Assembly (NCBI GenBank): GCA_013416795.1
Contig: RQSC01000808.1
Coordinates: 1,638 to 65,637, forward strand
Source of the DNA: Prasinococcaceae sp. CCMP 1430
Taxonomy: Eukaryota; Plantae; Prasinodermophyta
Direction: 5' to 3'
Length of the DNA: 64,000 bases
The notes beneath the pieces were generated by a model. That model was not told where the DNA came from and did no database searches. It saw only the letters and a program-made list of their open reading frames with translations. Shown here one piece after another: positions 1 through 10,367 of this stretch. The position numbers and the translations under genes are program-made. The stretch's first letter is position 1, and every line of letters starts with the position of its first letter.

Positions 1-2
1 CG

Positions 3-644
3 CAGCCTGCACCGCCACAGGCACCGCCTGCTCCTCCTGCGCCGTCTTATCCTCTTGCGCCGCCTGCGCCTGCGCCGTCAGGGGCGCAGCAGCGGGCGTC
101 GCCTCCTGCGCCGCAGGAGACGCCTCGGCGGGCGCTGCGGCGGGCGGCGTGTGGCCAGACTCCGGTCGGGCGGCGCTCGGCACTTGGCGCGGTGGTGGCG
201 GCGGTGGCGGCGGTGGCGGCTTTGGCGCCGATTATGGGCGCGGGCGACGCGCGGGCGGGCGTCGACCTCAGCGGCCTCCTGGACACGCAGCGCGCGAAGG
301 AGTACGAGGGCCTCGCTGACACGCTCATCGAGCGCCTGCGTGCGCCCATCGAGGCCGAGGTGGACGGCGCCAAGGAGGGCCAGGTGCGACGCAAGGCGAA
401 CGACGCGGGCGAGTCCATCAAGGAGTTTCTGACGCTGCCAGCTGAGCGCACGCGCGGCCGCGCGTCCGCGGCGGCGCTCACGTCGGCAATCTCGCTGCTC
501 GGCAACTTTTACCGCGCCAACGGGCCCCGCGCCAAGCTCACCGACGACGCGCGCGAGGCCATCCTCGGAGCCATCACCGATGCCGAAATCGCGCTGGAGG
601 ACGAGCGCCAGGCTCGCATAGCGGGGGGCAAGGCGTCGCAGTGA
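3..644 (+). CDS. PSB27: Photosystem II assembly factor Psb27-H2/LPA19-like thylakoid lumen protein; 5' end outside the window
   Basis: Frame is open from base 3 to TGA at 644. Lumen-targeting pattern RRSALG-hydrophobic-ARA, then a Psb27-like helical core (RRKANDAGESIKEFL, AISLLGNFYRANGPRAKL, AILGAITDAEIAL). Confidence 0.7.
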   Translation, partial: QPAPPQAPPAPPAPSYPLAPPAPAPSGAQQRASPPAPQETPRRALRRAACGQTPVGRRSALGAVVAAVAAVAALAPIMGAGDARAGVDLSGLLDTQRAKEYEGLADTLIERLRAPIEAEVDGAKEGQVRRKANDAGESIKEFLTLPAERTRGRASAAALTSAISLLGNFYRANGPRAKLTDDAREAILGAITDAEIALEDERQARIAGGKASQ

Positions 645-831
645 TGCAGGTAGGTCGCGGAACGGCGTGAAGCGGCTGAGTCGTTAGCAGCAAGTTATTA
701 CTCCGCGATGAGATAGCGCGCTCGGAGCTGAAGGGCCTAATCAAGGCTCAGGCAGCTCTGCGAGAGGTCACGCCGGGTCGAGCGAAACGTGTTTGTGTGC
801 GCGCGTGTCGCGCGCGTGCGCATGCTACCCA

Positions 832-1875
832 TCAGACGGCCCTGGTCCTTCCAGTGGCTGCCTCCCACGCCGTGAGTATGTGGCCAACGATGTCTGGCAC
901 GCCCTTGCCGTGTTTCACCTGCGTGGCCGTAGACCGCGCGTCAGCTCAGTGGACAGCGCATCCGTGCACGCACGAGCGGCCTGCGCAAGCGGATGCGCTT
1001 CGCGGCGGCGCGCATGGTCCTGAGTGCGGGCACGAGACGCGAGCGTGGCACCAGCGCACCTGACAGAACTCTGTGGCGCCGCCGCCGCGCGCCTTCGCGG
1101 CGTCGCGCGCCATGACGCCCAGGTCCGCGCCGATCGCTTCGGCGATGTCTGTTTTGTTTATCACCAGGAGGTCCGCCTGCGTGATGCCAGGGCCCCCCTT
1201 TCGCGGGATCTTATCGCCGCCGCTCACGTCGATGATGTACACGATGAAGTCCGCGAGCTCCCTGGAGTAGTTTGCCGCGAGGTTGTCCCCGCCGGACTCG
1301 ATGAGCAGCAGGTCGGCGTCGTGCGCCTTAGAGAGCTCCTCGAGCGCCTGTAGATTCATCGATATGTCCTCGCGGATGGCCGCGTGCGGGCAGCCGCCCG
1401 TTTCGATGGCGCGGATTCGGTCGCATGGCAGCGCCTCGTGGCGTTGCAGGAACTCGCCGTCCTCGCGCGTGAAGATGTCGTTCGTGACAGCGGCGAGCGA
1501 GTACTTGTCCCTGAGCGCGCGGCAGAGCGCGAGCATGAGCGCCGTCTTGCCCGTGCCGACGGGTCCGCCGATGCCCACGGTGAACGCGCGGCGCTCGTAC
1601 GTGCGCGCCAGCGGCCGCGCCCGCGCGTGGAAGTCGCCCGGCGAGGGGATGGGCTCGTGGTAGTGCGGCTTGAGACCGTCGTGCGAGTGCAGCACGCGGC
1701 CGTCGGGAGCGACGACGGTGGTAACCGCGTCACCCTTGCCGTGGCCGTGGCTGTGGTCGTGCGCGTGATCGCCCGCGTGGTCGTGGGCGTGGCCGTGCGC
1801 GTGGCCGCCCGCGCCGCCCTCCGCCTCCACGCGCTTCAGCAGGCCCGCCGCGAACGCGTCCGCCGCCCCCGCCAT
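832..1875 (-). CDS. ureG: Urease accessory GTPase UreG, plant/fungal type with His-rich N-terminus; exons 1875-1060 and 918-832
   Basis: [12 protein letters not shown]-loop, IETGGCPH Ni-binding motif, [33 protein letters not shown]-terminal [23 protein letters not shown]. Phase-0 intron 1059-919 (CAG|GTGCGC ... CAG|GTG) restores the C-terminus [18 protein letters not shown]. Confidence 0.95.
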
Positions 1876-2068
1876 CGCCGCGAGGACCGCCCCCCCCACC
1901 CACACCCCCGCCTCGCCTCGCCGACTCTCGCACACACGCGATGACCCGCGCCGCCCTCCCCTCCCCTCCCCTCCCCTCCTCGCGGGGGCGCTCTGCCGCG
2001 CGCACGACACCTGGCACCGCCCGTCGCAACCGCAACCGCGGCGCGTTCCTTTCGGTGTCGCGTGTTTA

Positions 2069-2348
2069 CATGTATTTTGATGGCAAATGTTTTCGAATGC
2101 CTTTTGATGGCAAGGTTTTTTTGCGTGCGCTTCGAAGGCCAACACGCTTAACGTTTTTTTTTTGTTTTCGCATGCATTTTGATGGCAATTTTTGTTTGCG
2201 TGCGCTTCGATGGCCAAACACGCCAAACGTTTTCGCATGCATTTTGATGGCAAGTTTGTTTGCATGCGCTTCGATGGCCAACGCGCCAAACGTGTTTTGT
2301 TTCGCATGCATTTTGATGGCAATTTTTGTTTGCATGCGCTTCGATGGC
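2069..2348. repeat. AT-rich degenerate minisatellite (about 4.5 units of 65-75 bp) in the ureG/urease divergent intergenic region
   Basis: TTTTGATGGCAA at 2075, 2102, 2177, 2242 and 2311, alternating with TTCGA(T/A)GGC at about 2131, 2206, 2270 and 2340. Intervening sequence is also conserved between units. Confidence 0.9.
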
Positions 2349-2507
2349 GAGCGTCGGTATGCTGCGCATTCGGGTTCATCCCGGCGCGCGCGCGCGGCGG
2401 TTACGAGGCAGGGGGGACGAGGGGGAGTGGGGGGAGTTGTGGGGGTGGGGAGGGGGTTGGGGTGGCGGTGCGGGCGGCCTCGGGCCACACTGCGCGCGCG
2501 CGTGGTG

Positions 2508-2611
2508 ATGCGCGGCGTGTTTGCGATCGGGCGGGCGACGGCGGCGGGGGCGGGCGGCGCGCTCGAGCTCGAGCTCAGCGCGCGCGAGTGGCGCGCGTCG
2601 CGCCTCGAGCG
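2508..2611 (+). CDS. Gap-truncated ORF (34 codons visible) resembling the N-terminal domain of urease Ni-chaperone UreE
   Basis: ATG 2508, MRGVFAIGRATAAGAGGALELELSAREWRASRLE, running into the N-gap at 2612. LxLSAxExxxSR resembles the UreE_N pattern LxLTAxERxxSR. Lies directly upstream of urease on the same strand. Confidence 0.3.
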
Positions 2612-2647
2612 NNNNNNNNNNNNNNNNNNNNNNNNNNNNNNNNNNNN
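2612..2647. other. Assembly gap (36 N)
   Basis: Run of N; true size unknown. Confidence 1.
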
Positions 2648-2820
2648 CAGCCGGCGCGGAGGCACGCGCGCTCCACGCGCGCTCGCCGCCGCCGCCGCGC
2701 AGCCAGCGTTGAGCGCACCCGCCAGGGCGGAGGAGAGAGTGAGCGAGGAGGCCCCGCGCGGGCGCCCCTCCGCCCTCGTTCGAGCCTTCGACGACCGCCG
2801 CGCCGCTCCCGCCCTTCGCG

Positions 2821-5352
2821 ATGCGGCTGTGTCCGCGCGAGGCCGACAAGCTCGCGCTCGCTTCGGCGGGCGCGCTGGCGCAGCGCCGCCTCGCGCGCGG
2901 CACGCGCCTGAACGCACCGGAGGCCATCGCGCTCGTCTCGGCGGTCTTGCTCGAGATGGTGCGCGACGGAGGCAAGTCCGTCGCAGAGCTCATGACGCTC
3001 GGCGCAACGCTGCTCGGCTCGCGCCAGGTGATGCCGGGCGTGGCGGACCTCGTACCGGAGGTGCAGGTCGAGGGCACCTTCAAGGACGGCACCAAGCTCG
3101 TGACCGTGCACCGCCCCATCTGTCGTGTGGACGGCGACCTCGCTCTCGCGCTCTATGGCTCGGGGCTTAGCCCGCCGGAGCTGTCTTCATTCGGGCCTGC
3201 GCCAGCTGAGGATGCGGCGCCCGGTGTCGTCACCCCGGGCGGCGATCAGCAGCGCGTTTCTCTCAATGCTGGTCGTGCGGCAGTGCGGCTGACGGTCGTC
3301 AATCGCGCCGACCGCCCGTGCCAGGTGGGCAGTCACTATCACTTCTTCGAAGCCAACAGCTGGCTCGAGTTCGACCGCGCGCAGGCGTATGGTCGCCGCC
3401 TGCACATCGCTGCGGGCACCGCCGTGCGCTTCGAGCCGGGCGAGGAGAAGACCGTGGTGCTCGTGGACGTCGGGGGCAACAGGGTGGGACGTGGCGGCAA
3501 CGGCCTGGCCGACGGCGCGCTGACGCCTGCCAACGCCGCAGCCGCTCTTGAGCGTGCGCTCGCGCGCGGTTTCCGCCACACGCCTGAGCCTAGCGCGCCT
3601 TGCGGTATCGCGGAGCCCGGCTCGGACTTTGACTTCAGCATGAGCCACGACGAGTATGCGGCGATGTACGGGCCGTCGGAGGGCGACCGCGTGCGGCTCG
3701 GCGACACCGCCCTCACGCTTCTGGTGGAGCGCGACCTGCGACGCACGTGCCCCGGCGACGAGTGCACCTTCGGCGGCGGCAAGACGCTGCGCGAGGGAAT
3801 GGGTATTGCCGTTGGGCGAACATCCGCGCAAACGCTGGACACTGTGATCACCAACGTGTTGGTGCTCGATTTCACTGGCGTATTCAAGACGGACGTGGGC
3901 ATAAAGGGTGGGCGCATCGTGGGACTGGGCAAGGCCGGCAACCCCGACGTGATGGACGGTGTGGACCCCGCGCTCGTGTGTGGCGTCAACACGGAGGCCA
4001 TAGCAGGCGAGGGAATGATCCTCACCGCCGGGGCGATGGACGCGCACGTGCACTTCATCTGTCCGCAGATCTGTGACGAGGCCATCGCCAGCGGCATTAC
4101 CAGTCTGCTCGGAGGCGGCACGGGACCCGCCAGCGGGACCTGCGCCACCACATGCACGCCCGGGCCTGAGCACATCCGCATGATGCTACAGGCGACGGAC
4201 GACCTGCCGCTCAACTTCGCCTTCACTGGCAAAGGCAACAGCTCCAAGCCCGAGGGTCTGCACGACATCATCGCTGCCGGTGCTGTGGGCCTCAAGCTGC
4301 ACGAAGACTGGGGCACGACGCCCGCGGCCATCGACTGCTGCCTCTCAGTCGCCGAGGAGCACGACGTGGCGGTGACGATCCACACCGACACGCTCAATGA
4401 GAGTAGCTGCGTGGAGCGCACCATCGAGACCTTCAAGGGGCGCGCCATTCACACGTATCACTCGGAGGGCGCAGGCGGTGGCCACGCGCCGGACATCATC
4501 AAGGTGTGCGGCGAGCCTAATGTGCTGCCGTCGAGCACCAACCCCACGCGGCCATTCACCGTCAACACAGTGGATGAGCACCTTGACATGCTTATGGTGT
4601 GCCACCACCTCTCCAAGCACATTCCGGAGGACGTGGCCTTTGCCGAGAGCCGCATTCGCGGCGAGACCATCGCCGCGGAGGACGTGTTGCACGACACTGG
4701 CGCGATCTCCATCATCGCGTCCGACTCGCAGGCCATGGGCCGCGTGGGCGAAGTGATCACACGGACTTGGCAGACCGCGCACAAGAACAAAGTGCAGCGC
4801 GGCGAACTGTCCGAAGACGCGGGGACAGGCGCAGACAACTTCCGCGCGCGGCGCTACGTGGCAAAGTACACAATCAACCCTTGCATCGCCCACGGCATGT
4901 CGCACGAGCTCGGCTCCGTCGAGGTGGGCAAGCTGGCAGACCTTGTGCTGTGGCGCCCCGCGTTCTTCGGCGCGAAGCCCGAACTGGTGCTCAAGGGCGG
5001 CGACATCGTGTGGGCTCAGATGGGTGACGCCAACGCGTCCATTCCGACGCCCGAGCCGGTACTCATGCGGCCGCAATATGGCGCGCGCGCCAAGGCGGTG
5101 GGCGCCAACTCCGTCGCCTTCGTCAGCAAGCGCGCCGTGAGCGAAAATGTCAAGGAGAAGTACGGCCTCGCCAAGCGCGTGATGGCCGTCGAGGCCTGCC
5201 GGGAGGTGGGCAAGGCTGACATGAAGCTCAACGATGCGCTGCCCAAGATCGAGGTGGACCCCGAGACGTACACCGTGACCGCTGATGGCGAGGTCGTGAC
5301 GTGTGAGCCGCTCGACGAGCTGCCACTCGCGCAAAAGTACTTCCTGTTTTAG
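2821..5352 (+). CDS. URE: Urease, single-chain (gamma-beta-alpha fused) plant-type, intronless, 843 aa
   Basis: Gamma domain ([18 protein letters not shown]), beta domain ([11 protein letters not shown]) and alpha domain with [36 protein letters not shown], flap MLMVCHHL and [11 protein letters not shown]. Confidence 0.99.
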   Translation: MRLCPREADKLALASAGALAQRRLARGTRLNAPEAIALVSAVLLEMVRDGGKSVAELMTLGATLLGSRQVMPGVADLVPEVQVEGTFKDGTKLVTVHRPICRVDGDLALALYGSGLSPPELSSFGPAPAEDAAPGVVTPGGDQQRVSLNAGRAAVRLTVVNRADRPCQVGSHYHFFEANSWLEFDRAQAYGRRLHIAAGTAVRFEPGEEKTVVLVDVGGNRVGRGGNGLADGALTPANAAAALERALARGFRHTPEPSAPCGIAEPGSDFDFSMSHDEYAAMYGPSEGDRVRLGDTALTLLVERDLRRTCPGDECTFGGGKTLREGMGIAVGRTSAQTLDTVITNVLVLDFTGVFKTDVGIKGGRIVGLGKAGNPDVMDGVDPALVCGVNTEAIAGEGMILTAGAMDAHVHFICPQICDEAIASGITSLLGGGTGPASGTCATTCTPGPEHIRMMLQATDDLPLNFAFTGKGNSSKPEGLHDIIAAGAVGLKLHEDWGTTPAAIDCCLSVAEEHDVAVTIHTDTLNESSCVERTIETFKGRAIHTYHSEGAGGGHAPDIIKVCGEPNVLPSSTNPTRPFTVNTVDEHLDMLMVCHHLSKHIPEDVAFAESRIRGETIAAEDVLHDTGAISIIASDSQAMGRVGEVITRTWQTAHKNKVQRGELSEDAGTGADNFRARRYVAKYTINPCIAHGMSHELGSVEVGKLADLVLWRPAFFGAKPELVLKGGDIVWAQMGDANASIPTPEPVLMRPQYGARAKAVGANSVAFVSKRAVSENVKEKYGLAKRVMAVEACREVGKADMKLNDALPKIEVDPETYTVTADGEVVTCEPLDELPLAQKYFLF

Positions 5353-5377
5353 ATCGAGCAGAATCGCACGATTCGAA

Positions 5378-6331
5378 ATGACTTTCAGTGCGGACATGGG
5401 ACGTGGAGGGAATGCTATGAAGGGCCGGAAAGAGACGGTACAGGGTGGCGGCGCTGGGGCGGTGTGCACTGGAGGGGCCGAAGAATCCTACGCAGGGACT
5501 GGAGCGACAGGCGGTGCCGCGCTCCCGCGATGGGCGCTGTGGCAAGTGCTCGATAGCGCCTTTCCTGCCGGCGGCTTCAACCACAGCTTGGGACTCGAGG
5601 CGGCGCTGCGCTCTGGCAGCGTGCCCACGCCTGCACACCTCGAGGGCGCCGTGCGCTCCGCTCTGGCGAACGTTGCGGCCTCACAGATGCCGCTCACGCT
5701 CGCAGCCTATGATGCCGCGGCACGTGCGGAAGCTGCCGCACGCGCGCGCATGGGGGCCGCCGCGCGCGGCGTCGCAGAGCTTTCTTCGATGTGGGAAGCT
5801 GCGGCTTGTGAGGCGATGCGTGCGTGCGGCGTTGCGGCCGCCCTGTGCGCGTGCAACAGCGTAGCGCTTGCGGCGGCAGCCGCTCAGGGGAACAGCCTGC
5901 TGCGCGCGGTGTGCGCAGCGTTCGCGGACAGCGGCGAGGGCAGTGCGCTCGGGTGCGCAGTGCGTGCGCTGCGCGTAGCATCAGAAGCGGACGGCGCGCC
6001 CGCGGCGCATCCGGCGGTGGTGATGGGCTTTGCTCTGGCCGCCGCTGGCGTCACTCGAGACGAGGCCGCACGCGCGCCACTCTTCGCAGCGCTCCGAGAC
6101 GTGCTGGCGGCTGCAACGCGCCTAAACGCGCTGGGCCCACTGGCTGCAGCTGCTGCGCATGCTCGTGCTGCGAGCTGCGCGGAGGCGCTCGCGCTCGAGT
6201 ACATCGAGGTCGACGCAAGGCGCAAAGCCGAAGGCCTGCCGCTCCACGAGCGCTGTGCGCTTGCAGCACCGCTTATGGACGTGCTGCAAGGGGGGCACGA
6301 CGAAATGTTCACAAAGCTTTTCTGCTCGTGA
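5378..6331 (+). CDS. ureF: Urease accessory protein UreF (start at ATG 5378, 5396 or 5417)
   Basis: WALWQVLDSAFPAGGFNHSLGLEAA, LRDVLAAATRLNALGP and the eukaryotic C-terminus PLMDVLQGGHDEMFTKLFCS. Confidence 0.92.
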   Translation: MTFSADMGRGGNAMKGRKETVQGGGAGAVCTGGAEESYAGTGATGGAALPRWALWQVLDSAFPAGGFNHSLGLEAALRSGSVPTPAHLEGAVRSALANVAASQMPLTLAAYDAAARAEAAARARMGAAARGVAELSSMWEAAACEAMRACGVAAALCACNSVALAAAAAQGNSLLRAVCAAFADSGEGSALGCAVRALRVASEADGAPAAHPAVVMGFALAAAGVTRDEAARAPLFAALRDVLAAATRLNALGPLAAAAAHARAASCAEALALEYIEVDARRKAEGLPLHERCALAAPLMDVLQGGHDEMFTKLFCS

Positions 6332-6457
6332 AGCGGGGGTTAGAGTATTTGAGGGACAGGAACGCAAGACGAGGTCAGTGAGACTGAATCTGCGTTGAGA
6401 GAGACAGCGCACGAACGCCGCGCACGCGAACACGGGCGTGCGATTGTGGAGGCGAGA

Positions 6458-7477
6458 ATGGCACCTCCACCGCCCGCATCGCTTGCGATGCCCCGCGGGG
6501 CTAAGGTTGGAAAGGGCGTCATCATCGTCGAGTCGCGTGGCGATGAAAAGCGGTGCGAGGTGGTGACGCAGTGCTCGAGCTATCCGTTGCGCCTCCTCGC
6601 ACCGCGCGCGCCCTCGGCGAGCTCGGCTTGGGTGTACGCCATCACGTTCGGGGGAGGCATACTCGCGGGTGACACCGTGAGCATGCGGCTGGAGGTGCGC
6701 GAGCGCGCGGCGCTCGTGCTGGCGACGCAGTCGAGCACCAAGGTCTTCAAGGCACCGCCTGGCGCACCTCCCGCGCGGCAGTCGATGGACGCATCCGTGG
6801 AGCGCGGTGGCTTGTTGGTGATCGCTCCCGATGCCGTCGCCGCGTTCGCGCACGCGCGCTACGAGCAACGCCAGAACTTCAATCTCAGCGCCGGTGGCAG
6901 CCTCGCCCTGGTAGACTGGGTGACGGCTGGCCGGCCTCACAACGGCGAGGCGTGGGCCTTCGACAGCTACGTTTCGCGCAACTCAGTCTTCGTCGAAGGC
7001 GAGCTGCGCGTCGCAGACAATGTGGAGCTATGCGCGGGCGGCCCGACGGGGGTGGCCGAGCGCATGGGCGCCTGCCGCGCGATGGCAAACGTGCTGCTGG
7101 TCGGGCCACGATGCGCGCGTGCCGCGCTCGAGGCGCTCAAGGCGACCAAGGGACTCACCCGCGCGCTGCTGGCGGCAGCGAAGCCGAGCAGCGTTCTCAG
7201 TGAGGCTCCTAGAGGGAGCGTGCCCGCAGCGTCGACAGGACACGCTGCGGACGGTGCACAAGATGAGGGGGGCGGGGCTGCGCGCAGTGCGGCTGTATCG
7301 GCGGCGCCGGCTCCGCCTTCCGTGCGCTTGTTCGCTTCGGCGTGCGAGGTCACTGGCTTCGATGGCGTGGCCGTGGCCGTGCGCGTGGCCGCCGAGCGCG
7401 CTGAGGATGTTCAGGGGTTCGTCAAGGCGCTGTTGGCGCCGCTGGAGGAGCAACTCGGCAGGGCGCCGTACACATGA
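6458..7477 (+). CDS. ureD: Urease accessory protein UreD
   Basis: SYPLRLLAP, WVYAITFGGGILAGD, LATQSSTKVFK, PDAVAAFAHARYEQRQ, LVDWVTAGR, WAFDSYVSRN. Confidence 0.92.
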   Translation: MAPPPPASLAMPRGAKVGKGVIIVESRGDEKRCEVVTQCSSYPLRLLAPRAPSASSAWVYAITFGGGILAGDTVSMRLEVRERAALVLATQSSTKVFKAPPGAPPARQSMDASVERGGLLVIAPDAVAAFAHARYEQRQNFNLSAGGSLALVDWVTAGRPHNGEAWAFDSYVSRNSVFVEGELRVADNVELCAGGPTGVAERMGACRAMANVLLVGPRCARAALEALKATKGLTRALLAAAKPSSVLSEAPRGSVPAASTGHAADGAQDEGGGAARSAAVSAAPAPPSVRLFASACEVTGFDGVAVAVRVAAERAEDVQGFVKALLAPLEEQLGRAPYT

Positions 7478-7703
7478 CTACCTTCGCGGCTGGGCATGTG
7501 CGTGGTTGGGATCGGGGGGCCGCATAGATTGGCACTTGCAAAACCCGTCCTTGCCGAAGGCGGGCTCTTTGAGCAGGACACTTGTCGACCTCCTCCCTCA
7601 CCCCCCACGCGCGCTTCTGCGTGCACCGTCGCCGGAAAAAGATAACCATACCTTTACATTGTGCAGCCTATTTTCTAAGTACCCGCACCAGCCCCGTGCG
7701 CCA

Positions 7704-9902
7704 CTACGCGCTCTTGTCCTCGGGCGTGATGACGAGGTAGCGGGGCCTGCGGACGACCAGGATGCAATACGCCAGCGCGTGGAAGCCGAAGAGCAGGCCG
7801 GCGAGCACGGCGGCGTTCTCGGCGATGGACACATCCTCAAAGGAGAGGAAGTCCAGCCAGTCGTTGCCTTGCATGCACCGCGCCATGCCCTCGCCGTCAT
7901 CCTCAACCGCCAGCCCTCCCATAGCTTCGCCGTCAGCAGGGACGTCGGCGGGAGTGTCGCACTCGAAGGACGCGTCGCGGAACTCGTTCACCGCCAGGGC
8001 GTGGAAGGTGTAGCGAATGAATGAGCCGTACTGCAGCCAAATCAGGTACACCGGAATGGAGTCCTCGTTGATGAGATACCCAGCGAACATCAAGAAGAGC
8101 ACAATGAAAGCGGGCGCGATCTGCGGCGCAAGCGCCACATCGGGGATACTAGCGCTGATGACCATCCCGAGGGCACAGCCGACCATGTAGTGCAGCATCT
8201 GCAAGCCAAGGTAGCTAATCATTTCCCGTCGGAGGCACGGCCAGTCATGTCAGCACAGCGCATGGATATTGATGCGCACGATAGGCGGAGGAACGCCAAG
8301 TCAGAGCACACGCGTGCAGAGGCGGCAGAAGCGAAACATTGAGCTGAGATAGGCGTGCTGCCAGCCGTCTATGACCGCTCATTTCACGTACATAGCGAAG
8401 TACCCCGCCCCTGGACGCAGACCAGCCATGAAGTACATGACAGAAGCACTGGCCAGGCCCGGGATGAGCTCCAGCGGCAGCGATGCGAAGAAGACGGCCA
8501 GATAGTAGGAGATGACACTGTACATGCCGCTCGCGCGCTCGCGCTGCACCACTTTCAGCTCCCTCGGGATGACCTGACTGACGCCGATCGGCGCACCGAA
8601 CGCTGCATTCATCGCTGAGAAGAAGAGCAGGCCAGTGCGGTCCTGAATGCTCTGCTGGGAGTTGGGCATCCGCAGGTAGACGAGCCCGAAGATGATCGAG
8701 AAGAATATGTTCATGCCGAGCTTGATGCCCAGCGCAAGCTTGTTGCGAGTCTGCTCGCGCCACGTGCGGCACAGCAGCAGCCAGAAGGACGTCCAGAAGG
8801 CGCCCTGCAGGACAGTTTGTTCGGGCGCCCGGTCGTCACCCTCGGCGGACACCGGGGCCTCCACTGCCTCCTTGCCCTCTGCGGCCAGGCCATCGAGCAC
8901 CTTGAAGATGCCTGCGAGCCGCGCCTCGGATTGAGCCTGCGCCCCGGGAGAGCGATAGTGCATCGAGATAGTGTCCAAGAAGAAGTCGGCGGGGTTGTAG
9001 TTCGGCGGGAGTGCGTGGCCCAAAACCCGTTCGAAGAAGTCCGCGGCATCGTTCGCCCCGCCCAAAAAGACCTGGCGGCCCTGCGAGAGCAGCAGCACCT
9101 TGTCAAGCGACGCGTAGATGCTGCTCCGTGGCTGGTGCACGCTGCAGACCACTGTGCGGTCGTGGCGGCTGAGCTCGATCAGTGTACCCATGACGTTGAG
9201 CGCCTGGAAGCTGTCGAGGCCGGACGTCGGTTCGTCGACGAAGATGAGGTTCGGTCGATGCAGCAGGTCGATGCCAATGTTGAGGCGCTTGCGCTCGCCG
9301 CCGGAGAGGCCGCGCTCGGCGCCCGGCACGTTGCCGCCCACAGGAGTGTGGCGAGCCTTGACCAGGCCCAATTCGTTGATGACCTCATCGACACGAGCGC
9401 GCAGCTCGGCCGTCGGCGTGCCCTGCGGCAGGCGCAGCGCCGCGGCGAAGAGCAGGGTCTCCTCGCAGGTAGACAGCGCGAAGAGCGCGTCTTCCTGCTC
9501 GACGTACGCGCTCACCTTGACAATGTCCTCCGCGTCGCAAGGCCTCCCACCGAGAGAGATTTCGCCCGTGAGCTCGCACTCGTACTCGTTGCTCGTGGGC
9601 ACGCGCCCGGCGAGCGCGTTCAAAAGGCTCGACTTGCCGGCGCCGCTCGGGCCAAGGATGGCCAGCAGCTCGCCGCGTTCCACCGACCCACTCAGGTTGT
9701 CTAGCAAGACACGCCGCTCGCCATCCTTCTTCTTGGAAGTCACCGCATAGGTCACGTTCCGCCAAGCGAGCCGACCGCCGCTGTCCGCGCCGTCCGCGCC
9801 ACCAACGGCCAGCACGACGTCGCCGCTCTTTGCTGCCGCGCTCGCAGCCGCCGTCGCGGCCATTTCACCGCGCCCGCGGGTACTGCCGCCGCCAGCGCCC
9901 AT
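7704..9902 (-). CDS. ABCG (White-family) half transporter; exons 9902(or 9863)-8392 and 8214-7704
   Basis: NBD-TMD order with GPSGAGKS, LSGGERKR, FVDEPTSGLDS and SVHQP. The phase-2 intron 8391-8215 (AT|GTACGT ... TAG|C) joins the TMD in frame (IPVYLIWLQYGSFIRYTFHALAVNEF). TGTAA on the minus strand at about 7654-7658. Confidence 0.95.
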
Positions 9903-10367
9903 GCCTGCCAACGCGCCACTCCGCACGTGAGCGAACGAGTGCCTCGCCTCCGCGCGCACCGCCGTGGCGCGCTGCTCTGGCGCCCATCGCCTGCCTTCAG
10001 AGACACGCACGCCCGCGCACACCAACACCTGTCCAGCCCTCTATCCACAAGAAGTGGCCGGGAGCGGCCCGCCGAGAGCGAGCCACACGCGCGCGGCGCA
10101 GTCGGGGAACCTTCCGCAATGTTTGCCGATGAAATACTGGCTCCGCCGTTTTCTGTAAGCAAAATCGTGTCACAAAAACGGACGAGATAGACATATTCTT
10201 GCCATCAAAATCAAGGGGCACGGTACGCCCCTCGGCGAGGCCGTCGTCGGCGGCGGCGGCGGCAGTTGCGGCGTCCCGCTGCGCTGGGAGGCTGGGAGGT
10301 GGCAGCGGCGCGGTCGCACCGGCTACGCAGTGCCACTCCGCCCCCCCGCGCGGCGCGCGGCGCGTCA

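Noticed and set aside
2069-2348. CRISPR array interpretation of the repeat upstream of urease
   Set aside because: Sequence between the core motifs is itself conserved, so there are no unique spacers. No cas genes, and the context is eukaryotic.
946-2379. Long N-terminal extension of UreG in the ORF track, and similar extensions for ABCG, MINDY4, SMARCAD1, CBP60-like and RRP36
   Set aside because: Translation of promoter and minisatellite DNA upstream of the plausible ATGs.
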